Source of the DNA: Terriglobales bacterium
Lineage (GTDB): Bacteria; Acidobacteriota; Terriglobia; Terriglobales; Acidobacteriaceae
Direction of reading: 5' to 3'
Length of the DNA stretch: 64,000 bases
Assembly: GCA_025935035.1 (NCBI GenBank)
Contig: JAICWB010000001.1
Span: 11,834-75,833, forward strand
Positions within the stretch are counted from its first letter, which is position 1, and the number at the start of each line of letters is the position of its first letter. The notes beneath the pieces were generated by a model that saw only the letters and a program-made list of their open reading frames with translations, searched no databases and was not told the origin of the DNA. The position numbers and the translations under genes were made by a program. Shown here piece after piece: positions 17,785 to 27,588 of the stretch.

Positions 17785-18683
17785 GCACCAAGCTGGATAA
17801 AGGCGTCAAGGAATTCCTTCGCTACTTGCGCAATGAGCGCAAGGCTTCCGAACATACCGTCACCGCCTACGCGAAGGATCTCGCCAAGTTCGCCGAGTTC
17901 ATCGGCCCGGAAGTCGCATGGTCAGAGATAGACCACTTGCTGATTCGCGGATTTCTCTCCGAACTCTTTCAACAGGGACTTAGCAAGCCCTCTGCCGCAC
18001 GCGCACTCGCGAGCCTGCGTTCCATCTTCAAATGGCTGGCACGCGAAGGGAGAGTAAAACAGAATCCGGCGAAATTAGTCTCGACGCCGAAGCTGCCTAA
18101 GCATCTTCCGCGCGTACCGACGATTGAACAGATGAATACTTTGCTCGATGGAGACTTCGCGGACATAGGGTCGTTTCCTGAGCGCGATCGAGCAATCTTT
18201 GAGCTGCTCTACGGTTGCGGCATTCGCAATTCAGAACTGGTCGGCATCGATCTTTCAGACGTGCACTGGTCAGCGGAATCAATTCTGGTCCGCGGCAAAG
18301 GAAAAAAAGAACGCATCGTGCCGTTGATGGGAATGGCGGCAGAGTCACTGAAGGCATATTTGCCGGTTCGTGACGCCTTCCTCCTGAAAAATCGTCGAAC
18401 CAGTATGGCCTTACTAATCAATGCGCGCGGTTCTCGACTGACCGATCGCAGTGTGCGCAGGTTGGTGAAGCAGGTCGCCGTTCAGCGTGGTCTGCCGTCA
18501 GACGTGCATCCGCACACGTTGCGGCATGCTTTCGGCACGCACATGCTGGAAGAGGGCGCAGACCTACGCTCGATCCAGGACCTATTGGGCCACGAACGGC
18601 TCTCCACCACGCAGCGTTATACGCAATTGAGCGCCAAGCAGGTGTTGAAGGTGTATGACGACACCCATCCCCGCGCGAAATGA
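17781..18683 (+). CDS. xerC: Tyrosine recombinase XerC
   Basis: 300 aa. Catalytic region [39 protein letters not shown]. The start overlaps the xerD stop by 4 nt (ATGA). Confidence 0.75.
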   Translation: MSTKLDKGVKEFLRYLRNERKASEHTVTAYAKDLAKFAEFIGPEVAWSEIDHLLIRGFLSELFQQGLSKPSAARALASLRSIFKWLAREGRVKQNPAKLVSTPKLPKHLPRVPTIEQMNTLLDGDFADIGSFPERDRAIFELLYGCGIRNSELVGIDLSDVHWSAESILVRGKGKKERIVPLMGMAAESLKAYLPVRDAFLLKNRRTSMALLINARGSRLTDRSVRRLVKQVAVQRGLPSDVHPHTLRHAFGTHMLEEGADLRSIQDLLGHERLSTTQRYTQLSAKQVLKVYDDTHPRAK

Positions 18684-18695
18684 GTGTCGTCAAGA

Positions 18696-20312
18696 TTAGT
18701 TGCGGATCATGATGCGAAAGCCGCCGACCGCAGGTTTCATGTCGGGATCAAGGTTTTCCGCTGCTGAGATCAGAAGCATGGTCTGCAGCGGAGCAGCGTT
18801 AACGCGATCGATATGCGCGAGTGTTGCAGCCTGATCAGCCTTGATGCCGATTCCTGCGAGCCGCGTCAACGTGTCAATCCCTGGACGCGTATTGACGCCC
18901 GCGTCAGGATTCTTGTCGATGGACTTGCGATATAAGTCTTCTCCCATGGCGAACGCTTGGTCCATTGTGGTATTCAGGCCATCTTTATCTTTCATGGTCG
19001 ATTGAGCTTGCGCCAGGCCAGTGAGAATACGAAGTTTGTCTGCCGGTTCCGGGGTCGCGGCAATCGCGTCTTTCGCATTCTTCACCAGCTTCGCCGCTTG
19101 AGCCGGATCGGAGTTGTTGATCTCTCCGGCAATGGCCACACTGGTAGCAGTTCGTAGCACGGGATCGCTGATCTCGTCAGACGCCTTGAGCGCTCGCATA
19201 GGGTCCTTTTGAGCTAGCTCATCTACTTCCATGGCTTTCATCGGGTCCATGGGGTTCCCGCGTTGATTCAAGGGGCCATTTCCCATCACCATCCCGATTT
19301 GCACGCGGTTATTGCCATTGGGTGAATTCTGCTGAGCGATGACCGCATTACGCAATTGTTCGTTATCGTTCTCCAGCTTCTTGGCCCATTCGGGATCGAC
19401 TTCATTGATCAATGGCATGAGCTGGAACATCATTAGGTTTGACATGCCTTTCAAAGTCGCCGTATTCCCGTTGGTGGAAATGGTCGTGGTCAAGCCGTTG
19501 TCAGAGTCTTTCTTGGTTGCCAGGGCCTTGTCCACAAGTTGCGTGAGAATATCTTTCATAACCGGCTTTGAGATCATGGCCTGGTTCATCCGCAGGAACA
19601 TAGCGATCTGCTGGCCGGAATTGTCATTCTGCTGCAAGCGCGGAAAATAAACGAGCGCCTCATTCACCAAAGCTTGAGCCTTGTCAGGGTCTTTCTGATT
19701 CATCTGGCGAATGATAGGTCCCATCGCCATAAACGGATAATGTCCATCTTCGCCAAGTTGGCGTGCTGTGGCTTGCAAAGCCGGCAAACCAGCTTCTCCT
19801 TTCTTCTGGAAGTACCTCTGGAACAGGCCCGATGCTGCCGGTCCGCGAAGGTCAGGCACCGGATTGCCATCTTGATTTGTAAGCGGCGGTGACATCCGGA
19901 GCAGAAGTTGCAAGGCATGGTCAGGGTCGGTCTCGGCGGTAGCCAACAGAGCCGTCATTTCATATTGGCCGCGGAAGTTATCGTTGGTCAGTCCTTGAGT
20001 GATCTGAAAGACTTCGTCCGCCCAAGCTTTGGATTGGTCCGGCATCACCCGCGCTGAAGAAGACGAAAGGCGTGCCAGGATCGCAGCACGGTCTGACTCT
20101 GAGAGGTCTTTGGTATTGGAATAAGCGCGTTGCAGCAGCTCTTTGGCTTTGCGCTCGTTCTCTTCCTTCAGTTTTTTCGCTTCCGGAGTCTCCGGCGCCT
20201 TCTCTTTAACTTCCAAATTTCTCTGCGGCTGCCCTTGCATAACCATCTGCCCTTGGCACACCGCCGATCCTGCAAGCACTCCGCACAACGCTAGACTAAC
20301 CCCAACCCTCAT
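18696..20312 (-). CDS. Secreted alpha-helical repeat protein, function unknown
   Basis: Signal peptide (MRVGVSLALCGVLAGSAVCQG). A long ORF with coding-like composition and no motif I recognise. Confidence 0.6.
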   Translation of the reverse strand: MRVGVSLALCGVLAGSAVCQGQMVMQGQPQRNLEVKEKAPETPEAKKLKEENERKAKELLQRAYSNTKDLSESDRAAILARLSSSSARVMPDQSKAWADEVFQITQGLTNDNFRGQYEMTALLATAETDPDHALQLLLRMSPPLTNQDGNPVPDLRGPAASGLFQRYFQKKGEAGLPALQATARQLGEDGHYPFMAMGPIIRQMNQKDPDKAQALVNEALVYFPRLQQNDNSGQQIAMFLRMNQAMISKPVMKDILTQLVDKALATKKDSDNGLTTTISTNGNTATLKGMSNLMMFQLMPLINEVDPEWAKKLENDNEQLRNAVIAQQNSPNGNNRVQIGMVMGNGPLNQRGNPMDPMKAMEVDELAQKDPMRALKASDEISDPVLRTATSVAIAGEINNSDPAQAAKLVKNAKDAIAATPEPADKLRILTGLAQAQSTMKDKDGLNTTMDQAFAMGEDLYRKSIDKNPDAGVNTRPGIDTLTRLAGIGIKADQAATLAHIDRVNAAPLQTMLLISAAENLDPDMKPAVGGFRIMIRN

Positions 20313-20532
20313 CGCTGCTGTTCTCCTGTTTGTTGAAGGAATCCTAGCGGGATAACGTCCTCTCGGGGAGATTTTCCGGTGGCGGGTAGAAAGATTTTTG
20401 TCTGGTCACTCGGCCGCCGCCTGGTTGCGCGATACATTGCGACCGCCACTGTCCCACTGCATCCAATATGTTAGGCTTTTTAAGGGGTTAGCTGTGTTGC
20501 CGTGCCCCTCCCTAGAATAAAGGACCCATCTA

Positions 20533-23500
20533 TTGATAGGCGACGTTTTATCCAAGGTTTTTGGCACCAGCAATGACCGTGAGATCAAGCGGATACGTCC
20601 GCTGGTTGATCGCATCAACGGTCTCGAGAGCCAGATGCAGCAGCTCTCTGATGAGCAACTACGCGCCAAGACCGACGAATTCAAACGCCGGATCCAGGCT
20701 TCTTTAGAGCGGGACTTGGGGGCCGAAAGGGTAGCCCGTACCACCGCCAGCAAGCTCAAGAAGACACGTCCCGAGGGTGACGAAGCTCCCGAGGACGAAG
20801 CCTCCGCGGATGAGTTCGGACCCTCGTTCGTAGCCAAATATAAGCAGGCTCTGCAGGACGCACTCGATGATGTCCTGCCCGAAGCTTTCGCGGTGGTTCG
20901 CGAGGCTGGCCGCCGCGTGCTGAACATGCGCCACTTTGACGTGCAGATGATAGGCGGCATCGTACTGCATCGCGGCAACATCTCTGAAATGAAGACGGGT
21001 GAGGGCAAAACGCTCGTCGCCACATTGCCGGTATACCTTAACGCGCTCGCTGGAATGGGCGTTCACGTAGTCACTGTCAACGACTACCTGGCCAAACGCG
21101 ACTCGGAGTGGATGGGCAAACTCTACAACTTCCTAGGTCTAACCGTCGGCGTGATCGTTCATGACCTTGACGACAACCAACGCCGCGAAGCTTATGCCTC
21201 TGACATCACCTATGGCACTAACAATGAATACGGCTTCGACTATCTTCGCGACAATATGAAGTTCGACATGGCCGAGCGCGTCCAGCGCGGCCATCACTTC
21301 GCCATCGTGGACGAAGTCGATTCAATTTTGATTGACGAATCGCGCACACCCCTCATTATCAGCGGCGCCAGCGAAGAGTCCACTGACAAGTACGCGCGCG
21401 TGGACAAGATCATCCCCAAACTGGAAAAGGGTGAAGAGATAGGCTTCGGCGAAGATCTGAGCTATACCGGCGACTTCGTAGTGGACGAGAAGCACCGGAA
21501 CACCGTAATCACGGACCAAGGCTGGGAGAAGGTCGAACAGCTTCTTGGCATTGAAAACATCGCCGACCCGGAAAACTGGGACCTTAAGCATCACGTTGAG
21601 ACTGCGGTAAAGGCTCACGCGCTTTACCGGCGTGACGTCGAATATGTAGTCAAAGATGGCGAAGTCATCATTGTTGACGAATTCACCGGACGCCTCATGC
21701 CCGGTCGTCGCTGGTCAGATGGCTTGCACCAAGCCGTGGAAGCCAAAGAGGGCGTGAAGATCGAGCGCGAGAACCAGACGCTCGCTACGGTCACCTTCCA
21801 GAATTACTTCCGCATGTACAACAAACTGGCAGGTATGACCGGCACGGCAGACACGGAAGCCGCCGAGTTCGACAAGATCTACAAGTTGAACGTCATGGTC
21901 ATCCCGCCGAATAAGCCTTTGCTACGCATCGAGAACCCGGATGTGATCTATCGCACCGAACGCGAAAAGTATCACGCAGTCGCGGACGAGATCCAGAAGA
22001 TGAGCGAAGAACAACGGCCGGTGCTTGTCGGAACTACTTCCGTAGAAAAATCGGAGCGCTTGTCCGAGCTGTTGAAAAAGAAAGGCGTAAAGCACGTTGT
22101 GTTGAACGCCAAGTATCACGAGCGCGAAGCCGAGATCGTGGCCCAGGCGGGGCGTCGCGGCATGATCACCATTGCCACCAACATGGCGGGGCGCGGCACA
22201 GACATTCTGCTGGGCGGCAACCCTGACTTTCTGGCTAAACAAGAGTTAGTGAAGAAGGGAACCGCGCAAGCGGTACATGCCGCTGCCGGCGAACTCGAGC
22301 TCAAAGCTAGCAATGAGTCGATGACCCGCTTTTACTATTCAGGGACCGAATTCGAAGTGCCCACCGTTGCATGGGAAGAGGCTTTCAATCGGCATCGTGC
22401 TAACACCGACAGTGAACATGATGAAGTTATCCGCGTGGGCGGGCTCCATATTCTCGGCACAGAACGCCACTCCGCGCGCCGCATAGACAACCAGCTGCGC
22501 GGACGCGCCGGCCGCCAGGGCGACCCTGGCTCTTCGCGCTTTTATCTTTCGCTGGAAGATGACCTCATGCGCATCTTCGTACAGAAGGAGTGGATTTCCA
22601 AGCTGCTGCAACGCCTCGGCATGGAAGAAGGAGTCGCCATCGAAGGCGGCATGATGACCAAGCGCATAGAAGCTGCGCAGCGCGCCATCGAGTCGCAGGA
22701 CTTCGAGGCCCGTAAACACCTTCTCGAATATGACGATGTAATGAACAAGCAGCGCCTCGCCGTCTATGGCTTGCGCGACCAGTTGCTCGAAGGCATCGAC
22801 CAAAAAGATTTGATCGTGGAAGACTACGTTTCCAGCATGCTCGGCGATCTGCTGAACCAGTACCTGCCGGAGAAGGTCCATCCCGAGCAGTGGGACTTGA
22901 ATGCATTCCGCACGCAGGTATTGACGCGGTTCGGCGTTGATCTCACGGCTGAGAACGTGAAGCTTGAAGAGATGGAGCGCAGCGAAGTCGGCGATAAAGT
23001 GTTCGACAAGTTGCGCGAACGCTACAACGCTAAAGAGAACCTTATCGGCCCAGACGCCATGCGTTATCACGAGCGCATGATCATGCTCAGCGTGCTAGAT
23101 GGGCAGTGGAAAGACCATCTGCTCAACATGGACCATTTGAAAGAGGGAATCGGCCTGCGTGGCTACGCGCAGAAAGATCCTCTGGTCGAGTACAAGCGCG
23201 AGTCGTTTGAGATGTTTGAGGCCATGATGCAGCGGTTCCAGGAAGAAACGGTACGCTACTTGTACCTCATGCAGGTCGTGGGACCACAGACCACTTCTGA
23301 ACCTGCGCCCGAACAAGCGCCAGCCGAACCGGCCCGTCGGCGGCCTCGCGCCACTTCGATCGACGACATGGAAGCTGAATTCCAGCGCCGAAAACGCCGT
23401 GAGCTAGAACAAGCGCGCATGGCCGGCGGTGGCTCAGTTGAAGCGACACAGGTGCAGCAAGTCGTTCGCTCCAGCGAAAAAGTGCGGCCTAACGAGCCCT

Positions 23501-23550
23501 GCCCCTGCGGCTCAGGTAAGAAGTACAAGAAGTGCCACGGTAGCGATTAG
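20533..23550 (+). CDS. secA: Preprotein translocase ATPase SecA
   Basis: N-terminus [19 protein letters not shown]. Walker [16 protein letters not shown]-like [10 protein letters not shown], and the C-terminal zinc finger [17 protein letters not shown] start. Confidence 0.95.
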   Translation: MIGDVLSKVFGTSNDREIKRIRPLVDRINGLESQMQQLSDEQLRAKTDEFKRRIQASLERDLGAERVARTTASKLKKTRPEGDEAPEDEASADEFGPSFVAKYKQALQDALDDVLPEAFAVVREAGRRVLNMRHFDVQMIGGIVLHRGNISEMKTGEGKTLVATLPVYLNALAGMGVHVVTVNDYLAKRDSEWMGKLYNFLGLTVGVIVHDLDDNQRREAYASDITYGTNNEYGFDYLRDNMKFDMAERVQRGHHFAIVDEVDSILIDESRTPLIISGASEESTDKYARVDKIIPKLEKGEEIGFGEDLSYTGDFVVDEKHRNTVITDQGWEKVEQLLGIENIADPENWDLKHHVETAVKAHALYRRDVEYVVKDGEVIIVDEFTGRLMPGRRWSDGLHQAVEAKEGVKIERENQTLATVTFQNYFRMYNKLAGMTGTADTEAAEFDKIYKLNVMVIPPNKPLLRIENPDVIYRTEREKYHAVADEIQKMSEEQRPVLVGTTSVEKSERLSELLKKKGVKHVVLNAKYHEREAEIVAQAGRRGMITIATNMAGRGTDILLGGNPDFLAKQELVKKGTAQAVHAAAGELELKASNESMTRFYYSGTEFEVPTVAWEEAFNRHRANTDSEHDEVIRVGGLHILGTERHSARRIDNQLRGRAGRQGDPGSSRFYLSLEDDLMRIFVQKEWISKLLQRLGMEEGVAIEGGMMTKRIEAAQRAIESQDFEARKHLLEYDDVMNKQRLAVYGLRDQLLEGIDQKDLIVEDYVSSMLGDLLNQYLPEKVHPEQWDLNAFRTQVLTRFGVDLTAENVKLEEMERSEVGDKVFDKLRERYNAKENLIGPDAMRYHERMIMLSVLDGQWKDHLLNMDHLKEGIGLRGYAQKDPLVEYKRESFEMFEAMMQRFQEETVRYLYLMQVVGPQTTSEPAPEQAPAEPARRRPRATSIDDMEAEFQRRKRRELEQARMAGGGSVEATQVQQVVRSSEKVRPNEPCPCGSGKKYKKCHGSD

Positions 23551-23565
23551 GTAGAACTCGAACCG

Positions 23566-23601
23566 AAAAGGCAGAGTTCCTACGACTCTGCCTTTTGTTT
23601 T
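23566..23601. terminator. Bidirectional rho-independent terminator
   Basis: AAAAGGCAGAGT / ACTCTGCCTTTT stem with a 7-nt loop and T-runs on both strands. It sits between the convergent secA and the 23605-23976 gene. Confidence 0.65.
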
Positions 23602-23604
23602 TGG

Positions 23605-23976
23605 TCAGCCGTTGCGACGATGTCGGCGATGGCGCTGCCGATAATCTTTCTTGATGTCCCGTTTGTCTTTGTTGATGTCAGCTTCCGTCTTGCGCGTTGT
23701 CGAGCGATCTTGCTTCAATTGCGCGCGATCAGCAGACAACTGAGACGCACTAGCGCCGGCGGCTTTGTCGGCCTTGTACTTTTGGGCGTCAGTTCGGTCT
23801 TGTTGTTTCTCCTGTTTCAGAGTTTGGTTGTCTTGCTTGATGTCTTGACGGTCATTCTGGATATCCTGCTGCAGAGGCCCGGGGGCCGGCGGAGTGGTGG
23901 GCGTGGTGGTTTGCGCCACAGCCGCGCCCACCAGCAATGTGAAGCTCGCGACCGCCATTACAAAGATGCGTTTCAT
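23605..23976 (-). CDS. Small secreted, highly charged Q/D/K-rich protein
   Basis: Signal peptide from the internal Met (MKRIFVMAVASFTLLVGAAVAQ). Repeated KQD / DIKKD-like units and a polybasic tail (RQRHRRHRRNG). Confidence 0.55.
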   Translation of the reverse strand: MKRIFVMAVASFTLLVGAAVAQTTTPTTPPAPGPLQQDIQNDRQDIKQDNQTLKQEKQQDRTDAQKYKADKAAGASASQLSADRAQLKQDRSTTRKTEADINKDKRDIKKDYRQRHRRHRRNG

Positions 23977-24079
23977 CGTGCGTATTCCTCCCGCCCTGAT
24001 TGGGCTTGGTGAAAGAAACACTGTAGGGTTTTGAAAGTTGTCCGCGACTAAGTCACAATAACCGGGTTGCCGCAGCAGG

Positions 24080-24661
24080 TTAGCTGGAATGATCTTTCGC
24101 TCGAATGGCGGCCCAAGTCATTTCGGTCGCGGTCCGCCCTGTCTCACCCTTCCATTCCAGGAAAAGTTCCGAGTAAGACTTAGTGATGTAATCCTCTTCT
24201 GCGATTCCCATCTTCTTTGCAATGGCATCGATCCACTCTGCCGGACCCTCGATCTCACCGTAGTTGCCGATAGGCGTCTCATCCACAACCACGTCGCCTT
24301 TGCCTTTGGTCCATTCGGTACGGAATTTCTCGTAGCGAAACCGTGGATGCAGTCCTATAGACAGCAGGACATCGTTCAATTTGTCGCCATGCGTGACTTC
24401 TGTCTCAGTCTCTTTGCGTGACTTGTGCTTTCCCGGTTCGCCTGCGCTTTTGTGGGTAAGCGTCCATACCCGTCCATACTTGCGCAGGCGCAACACTTCG
24501 CCACGCTGGCGCAGGTCGCCGTTGGGGAAATCGTAGAGCGTGTTCATCTCGTGCGTGCGCTTCGTCTTCACGCGGAGCCCCGCGGCACGCAGTGCTGCGC
24601 TAAGCGCCTTCAAGTCAGTGACGCGGAACTTGATCTCGACTTCGTGTCCGTCAGTCGCCAT
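24080..24661 (-). CDS. CYTH-domain protein (CyaB-type class IV adenylate cyclase / triphosphatase family)
   Basis: N-terminal ExExK signature (HEVEIKFRV) followed by alternating charged beta-strand pattern typical of the CYTH tunnel fold. About 190 aa. Confidence 0.75.
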   Translation of the reverse strand: MATDGHEVEIKFRVTDLKALSAALRAAGLRVKTKRTHEMNTLYDFPNGDLRQRGEVLRLRKYGRVWTLTHKSAGEPGKHKSRKETETEVTHGDKLNDVLLSIGLHPRFRYEKFRTEWTKGKGDVVVDETPIGNYGEIEGPAEWIDAIAKKMGIAEEDYITKSYSELFLEWKGETGRTATEMTWAAIRAKDHSS

Positions 24662-24684
24662 TCACAAAAGAATAGCAGGGAAGT

Positions 24685-25197
24685 TCATGCGCCTGCAGTG
24701 ATTCTTCTGTACTCGTCGTCGGCTGAAGGACCCATTAATACCCACAATGTATAGATTCCCAACGCCATTCCGAACGGAACATTCAGCATCGCCAGGAACG
24801 ACCATATGAGCGCCAGAGGCCGTGCCCACGATTGCCGATTCAGCAGGCCGAAACCCGAAAGCGCGCCTCCGACAGCTTTGACCAAAAGGAGCACAAACAG
24901 GAAGTGAAAGAGAGAATGCAAAAAAATAGGTAGACCGGGAAAATCCGGCGTAGGGTGCACCACTCCAGTTCCAGGAGCGAAAATAGTTTTTCCCAATACG
25001 AGCAGGACTGCCGCTCCAATGAGTCCTAACGCGGAGTATGCCACCCACAGAACGCCAAGGATATGAAGGTGCCGTGATAGTCGGCTGACGGGAAGAGCTA
25101 GTCCCGAAGGGGCCATCTCCTTGCCGCATGCGCCGCAGAATCGCTGACCCGCACCCAACGGTGCTCCACATTTATCGCAGAACATAGGGGCCTCCAA
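24685..25197 (-). CDS. Zinc-ribbon membrane protein
   Basis: N-terminal CxxC..CxxC zinc ribbon (FCDKCGAPLGAGQRFCGACG) followed by about 4 TM helices. Confidence 0.6.
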   Translation of the reverse strand: MEAPMFCDKCGAPLGAGQRFCGACGKEMAPSGLALPVSRLSRHLHILGVLWVAYSALGLIGAAVLLVLGKTIFAPGTGVVHPTPDFPGLPIFLHSLFHFLFVLLLVKAVGGALSGFGLLNRQSWARPLALIWSFLAMLNVPFGMALGIYTLWVLMGPSADDEYRRITAGA

Positions 25198-25255
25198 AAA
25201 GAGCTCCTAAGCATGATACGAAGGAATGTATAGGAAAGATTCGTCGAAACTGCGT

Positions 25256-26245
25256 CTATTTTTCGCGCTCGACCACAAATTCCGGCACCCACAGCAGTGC
25301 GCGTTTGATCTCGGAATCTTGGAATGTGCAGATCGCCTTTCGCGCAGCCTCAGAATACTCCGCCGCGCGCGAATGGGCGGCGTCGATAGAGCCATAGCGC
25401 TGCAGTAATTCAAGGATTTGGGAATGAGTGACACTCTGGAATGCTCGTTCCTGCAACACCATCTCGATCAACCCGCGTTCTTCGGGCGTGCATCGCTCCA
25501 GGGCGTGGATGACCGCCATGGTCACCTTACCTTCGCGCAGGTCACTAGCGACCGGCTTGCCCAAAATCTCCTCTGAAGCCGTAAGGTCGAGAACGTCATC
25601 CACGATCTGGAAAGCCATACCAAGATTGCGCCCATATTCCTCCAGCCGACGCTCTTCTTCTTCGCTAGCCCCCCCAAGGATCGCTCCTAAACGCATCGAT
25701 GTTGCGAACAAGCAGGCGGTCTTGCGGAAGATCAAGTCGAAGTGTTCCTGCTGAGTAATGCATTTGCCGAGCTTTTCCATCTGCAGCAGTTCGCCCTCGA
25801 CCATCTGTTGTGTGAGATCGATAAGGACATCCAGCACTTTAAGCTTGCGTTCCTGCAGCGCGATCTTAAACGCTTGCATGTATAGCCAGTCTCCGGCAAG
25901 CACGCAGCGGGAGTTTCCCCAACTTGTGTTAGCGGAAGGGCGTCCGCGGCGGATCTCCGCCTCGTCAATGATGTCGTCATGCACGAGCGTCGCGGTATGC
26001 ACGATCTCTACCACTACTCCCAGGCGCACCGCGCCCGGTCCGTTGTATCCCAAGAGTTTGGCTGAAAGCAGAAGAAGCGCGGGACGAATCCGCTTTCCGC
26101 CGCCCGCCCGCAGGTACGCGCCTATATCGGTGATGGCAGGGACTGAAGAGACGGTGTCCCGCTCGAACTCAGCCTCAATGGCGGCCAGATCGTCGCGCAG
26201 CAGGTCGAAGACTTCTTTCACCGTCAGTTGGGCAGCCGAACTCAA
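25256..26245 (-). CDS. Long-chain trans-polyprenyl diphosphate synthase (IspB-like)
   Basis: First and second aspartate-rich motifs are LVHDDIIDE and FQIVDDVLD. Length is 329 aa. Confidence 0.85.
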   Translation of the reverse strand: MSSAAQLTVKEVFDLLRDDLAAIEAEFERDTVSSVPAITDIGAYLRAGGGKRIRPALLLLSAKLLGYNGPGAVRLGVVVEIVHTATLVHDDIIDEAEIRRGRPSANTSWGNSRCVLAGDWLYMQAFKIALQERKLKVLDVLIDLTQQMVEGELLQMEKLGKCITQQEHFDLIFRKTACLFATSMRLGAILGGASEEEERRLEEYGRNLGMAFQIVDDVLDLTASEEILGKPVASDLREGKVTMAVIHALERCTPEERGLIEMVLQERAFQSVTHSQILELLQRYGSIDAAHSRAAEYSEAARKAICTFQDSEIKRALLWVPEFVVEREK

Positions 26246-26253
26246 ATCTATCC

Positions 26254-26757
26254 TTAATTCGTGCGGAAGTTTGTGAATTGCAGGTCGATGCCAAGGTCTT
26301 GCTGGCGCAGCAGGGCAATGGCTTGTTGTAGTGTATCGCGGTCTTTGCCGCTGATGCGCACTACATCACCCTGAATAGACGCCTGCACCTTCATTTTGGA
26401 GTCTTTAATGAGCTGCACGATCTTTTTCGCCTTGTCCCCCGCAATGCCTTGCTGCAGAGTGGCCTTCTGCCGCACCGTGCCCCCGGCGGCGGGTTCAATA
26501 GCGCCGTAACTAAACGCCTTCAGGGAAACTCCGCGCTTCACCAGCTTGCCTTGGAAAACGTCGGTGACGGCTTTCAGCTTGAAATCATCGGCGGAAGCCA
26601 GTACTACAACAGTTTCTTTTTCTTCCAGCGAGATGTTTGACTTGGAATCTTTCAAGTCGTAACGCGTGTGGATCTCTTTCAGTGCTTGCTGAATGGCGTT
26701 ATTCAGCTCTTGCAAATCCACTTTGCTCACTACGTCAAAAGAATTGTCTGCTGCCAT
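26254..26757 (-). CDS. yajQ: YajQ-family nucleotide/c-di-GMP-binding protein (UPF0234)
   Basis: Collinear with E. coli YajQ as I recall it ([12 protein letters not shown]..., [33 protein letters not shown]..., FTNFR). I use the internal ATG at 26757; the track ORF extends 58 codons further upstream. Confidence 0.8.
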   Translation of the reverse strand: MAADNSFDVVSKVDLQELNNAIQQALKEIHTRYDLKDSKSNISLEEKETVVVLASADDFKLKAVTDVFQGKLVKRGVSLKAFSYGAIEPAAGGTVRQKATLQQGIAGDKAKKIVQLIKDSKMKVQASIQGDVVRISGKDRDTLQQAIALLRQQDLGIDLQFTNFRTN

Positions 26758-26767
26758 GTGTTCTTTC

Positions 26768-27577
26768 CTATTGTTTGATTTTCTCGTGCAGCCCAAAGAA
26801 GCGATAGAAGTTTTGCGAAGTAGCGTGGGCAATCTCCGCCGCTGTAACGCCGCGGACTTCAGCGATCTTCTCTGCCACATTAACCACAAACGCTGGTTCA
26901 TTGCGCTTTCCTCGGTTCGGCACTGGCGCAAGGAACGGAGAATCTGTCTCGATGAACATCCGGTCCAGCGTCACTTCCTTAGCGGCGTCCCGGATGTTTT
27001 GTGCTTTAGGAAAGGTCACGTTCCCGGAAAATGAGATCATGAACCCGATCTCCAGCGCCGCGCGCATATGCGCCAGAGTTCCCGTAAAGCAATGCAAGAT
27101 GCCGCCCAGCTTTGTCGGCGCCCAATGTTCACGGAGCATGGCAATCGTATCGTCCCACGCGTTTTCGGTATTCTCTGACGGACGGCAATGAATAATGACG
27201 GGTAGCGAGTTCTGCGCCGCCAGCTTCATCTGTCGCAGGAAGACGTCTTTCTGCACATCGCGCGGCGAATGGTCATAGTAGTAATCGAGACCTATCTCTC
27301 CCCACGCGATCACATGTTCACTTTTTGCCAAACCATCCAGCTCGACAAAATCCGCATCTGTCGCCAGCTTTGCCTCGTGCGGATGAATGCCAATGCTTGC
27401 GTAAATGCCATGATTCTGTGTGGCAAGATGGATCGCACAATCCAGTGAACCCGGTCCCGTGCCACTCCCGATGGCCAGAATGCTTTCTACGCCGGCATCT
27501 TTCGCGCGCTGCAGCATCGCCGCTCGATCGGCGTTGAACTGCTCCATCTCCAGATGTGCATGCGAATCGACGTACAT
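26768..27577 (-). CDS. TatD-family metal-dependent hydrolase
   Basis: [10 protein letters not shown]-terminal motif with conserved His/Asp/Glu positions (IGIHPHE, IIHCR, HCFTG, ETDSPF). It lies immediately downstream of metG. Confidence 0.85.
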   Translation of the reverse strand: MYVDSHAHLEMEQFNADRAAMLQRAKDAGVESILAIGSGTGPGSLDCAIHLATQNHGIYASIGIHPHEAKLATDADFVELDGLAKSEHVIAWGEIGLDYYYDHSPRDVQKDVFLRQMKLAAQNSLPVIIHCRPSENTENAWDDTIAMLREHWAPTKLGGILHCFTGTLAHMRAALEIGFMISFSGNVTFPKAQNIRDAAKEVTLDRMFIETDSPFLAPVPNRGKRNEPAFVVNVAEKIAEVRGVTAAEIAHATSQNFYRFFGLHEKIKQ

Positions 27578-27588
27578 TCTGTGCCCCG

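Noticed and set aside
16861-18683. Tandem tyrosine recombinases as a marker of an integrated mobile element or genomic island.
   Set aside because: There is no adjacent tRNA, flanking direct repeats, or excisionase, phage or conjugation genes. Both proteins look like canonical XerD/XerC. I kept it only as a low-interest synteny observation.
20406-23070. Minus-strand ORFs 20406-21023, 20704-21066 and 22339-23070. Similar cases are 43093-43767 (+), 10764-11396 (+) and 12785-13438 (+).
   Set aside because: All are antisense to confidently identified genes (secA, cheA, the M16 peptidases). They lack recognisable motifs and sensible start contexts.
24662-25171. 169-aa ORF overlapping the zinc-ribbon membrane protein in another frame.
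   Set aside because: The alternative frame (24685-25197) gives a clean CxxC..CxxC zinc ribbon plus TM helices. This frame gives Arg/Ser/Gly-rich sequence with no features.
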